A DNA stretch of 64,000 bases from Felis catus (lineage: Eukaryota), in NCBI RefSeq assembly GCF_018350175.1, contig NC_058368.1, positions 134,356,001 through 134,420,000 on the forward strand, in the 5' to 3' direction. Below the pieces are notes generated by a model, which did not search any database, was not told the DNA's origin, and saw only the letters and a program-made list of their open reading frames with translations. Both the position numbers and the translations under genes were made by a program. Below are positions 63,130-64,000 of this stretch, piece after piece (position 1 is the first letter of the stretch; each line of letters opens with the position of its first letter).

Positions 63130-64000
63130 TAAGTATTTGGTTTGTTTCCCGTTCAGGGCAATGAGTATTTCTGTAGAAGTCTTTGTACGATTTATGCTTT
63201 CGTTTATCTTGTAACTACCTTGGAGTGGGATGATGCATGTTTAGCTTTTTAAGACATTTTCAAACTGTATCTCCAAATGGTTGCACCATTTTACATTCCC
63301 AGCAACCCTGCACGAGAACTCCCAGCTTCTCAAATTCTCACCAATGCTTAGGATGCTCAGATATTTTAATTTTAGCCATTTTAATAGGTGTATCTCATTG
63401 TGGTTTTAATTTGCGTTTTTCTTATAACTAATGAAGCTGAACATGTTTTCATGTGCTTATTTGCCATCTGTGTATCTTCTCTAATGTAGTATCTGGTCAT
63501 ATTTTTTGCTCAATTTTTACAAAACTAGGTAGTTTTTCCTCTCATTGGATTTTCAGAGTTCTTTATATAATCTAGGTATAAACCCTCTATCAAATAAATG
63601 ATTTGAAATATTTTCTTCCAATCTATCTCTTAATTTTAATTTCTTGAGAGTATCTATCAAAAAGCTCAAATTTTTACATTTCCTAAAGTCTAATTTATCA
63701 ATCTTTAATATTATGGATCACACTTTTGGTGTCAGCGCTAAGAAATCTTTGACCAATCCAAAGATCACAAAGATTTCCTCCTGTGTTTTCTTCTGTAAAT
63801 GTCTTTTTTATTATTTGGTTTTACATTTACCCTGTTTTGCTTTGAGTTATTTTTTTGTATGAAACAAGATATGATTCAAGTTTCTTTCATTGTATATGGA
63901 TGTGCAGTTCTTCCAGCACCACTTGTTGAAAAAAAATATCCTTTCTCCATTGAATTTACCTTTGCACCTTTGGTGAAATTTAGTTATCCATGTAGATGTG
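63130..64000 (-). mobile_element. Old L1M ORF2 C-terminal fragment, runs off the window
   Basis: tggttgcaccattttacattcccagcaac...tcattgtggttttaatttgc...ttccagcaccacttgttgaaaa. Confidence 0.85.

Noticed and set aside
1..64000. CRISPR array, prokaryotic defence system or operon-like system
   Set aside because: Mammalian repeat-rich DNA; no regularly spaced repeat-spacer array or gene-dense ORFs

Overview
Mammalian, felid-like genomic DNA: it carries many tRNA-derived Can-SINE/SINEC_Fc copies and carnivore L1 3' ends. I can support no intact protein-coding gene, RNA gene or CRISPR array, and the short ORFs are repeat-derived or chance, so the window looks intergenic or intronic. Much of it is transposon-derived: about 20 SINEC copies, L1 fragments of many ages, MaLR/MLT1 solo LTRs, Tigger2 and MER5 DNA elements, MIR and L2, and a decayed ERVL provirus (LTR16A plus ERV3-16A3-like gag-pro-RT-RNaseH, minus strand, ~26.3-29.3 kb). 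I found no convincing new biological system. The best observations are genome-evolution oddities read directly from the sequence: a 215-bp ungapped local copy pasted into an MLT1A LTR, one target site used by both a SINE and an L1, a 37-bp SINE target duplication, permuted SINE halves at a deletion junction, and palindromic microsatellites at the same site in two L1 copies. Repeat subfamily names come from recalled consensus sequences, not a database search, and boundaries of old elements are approximate.
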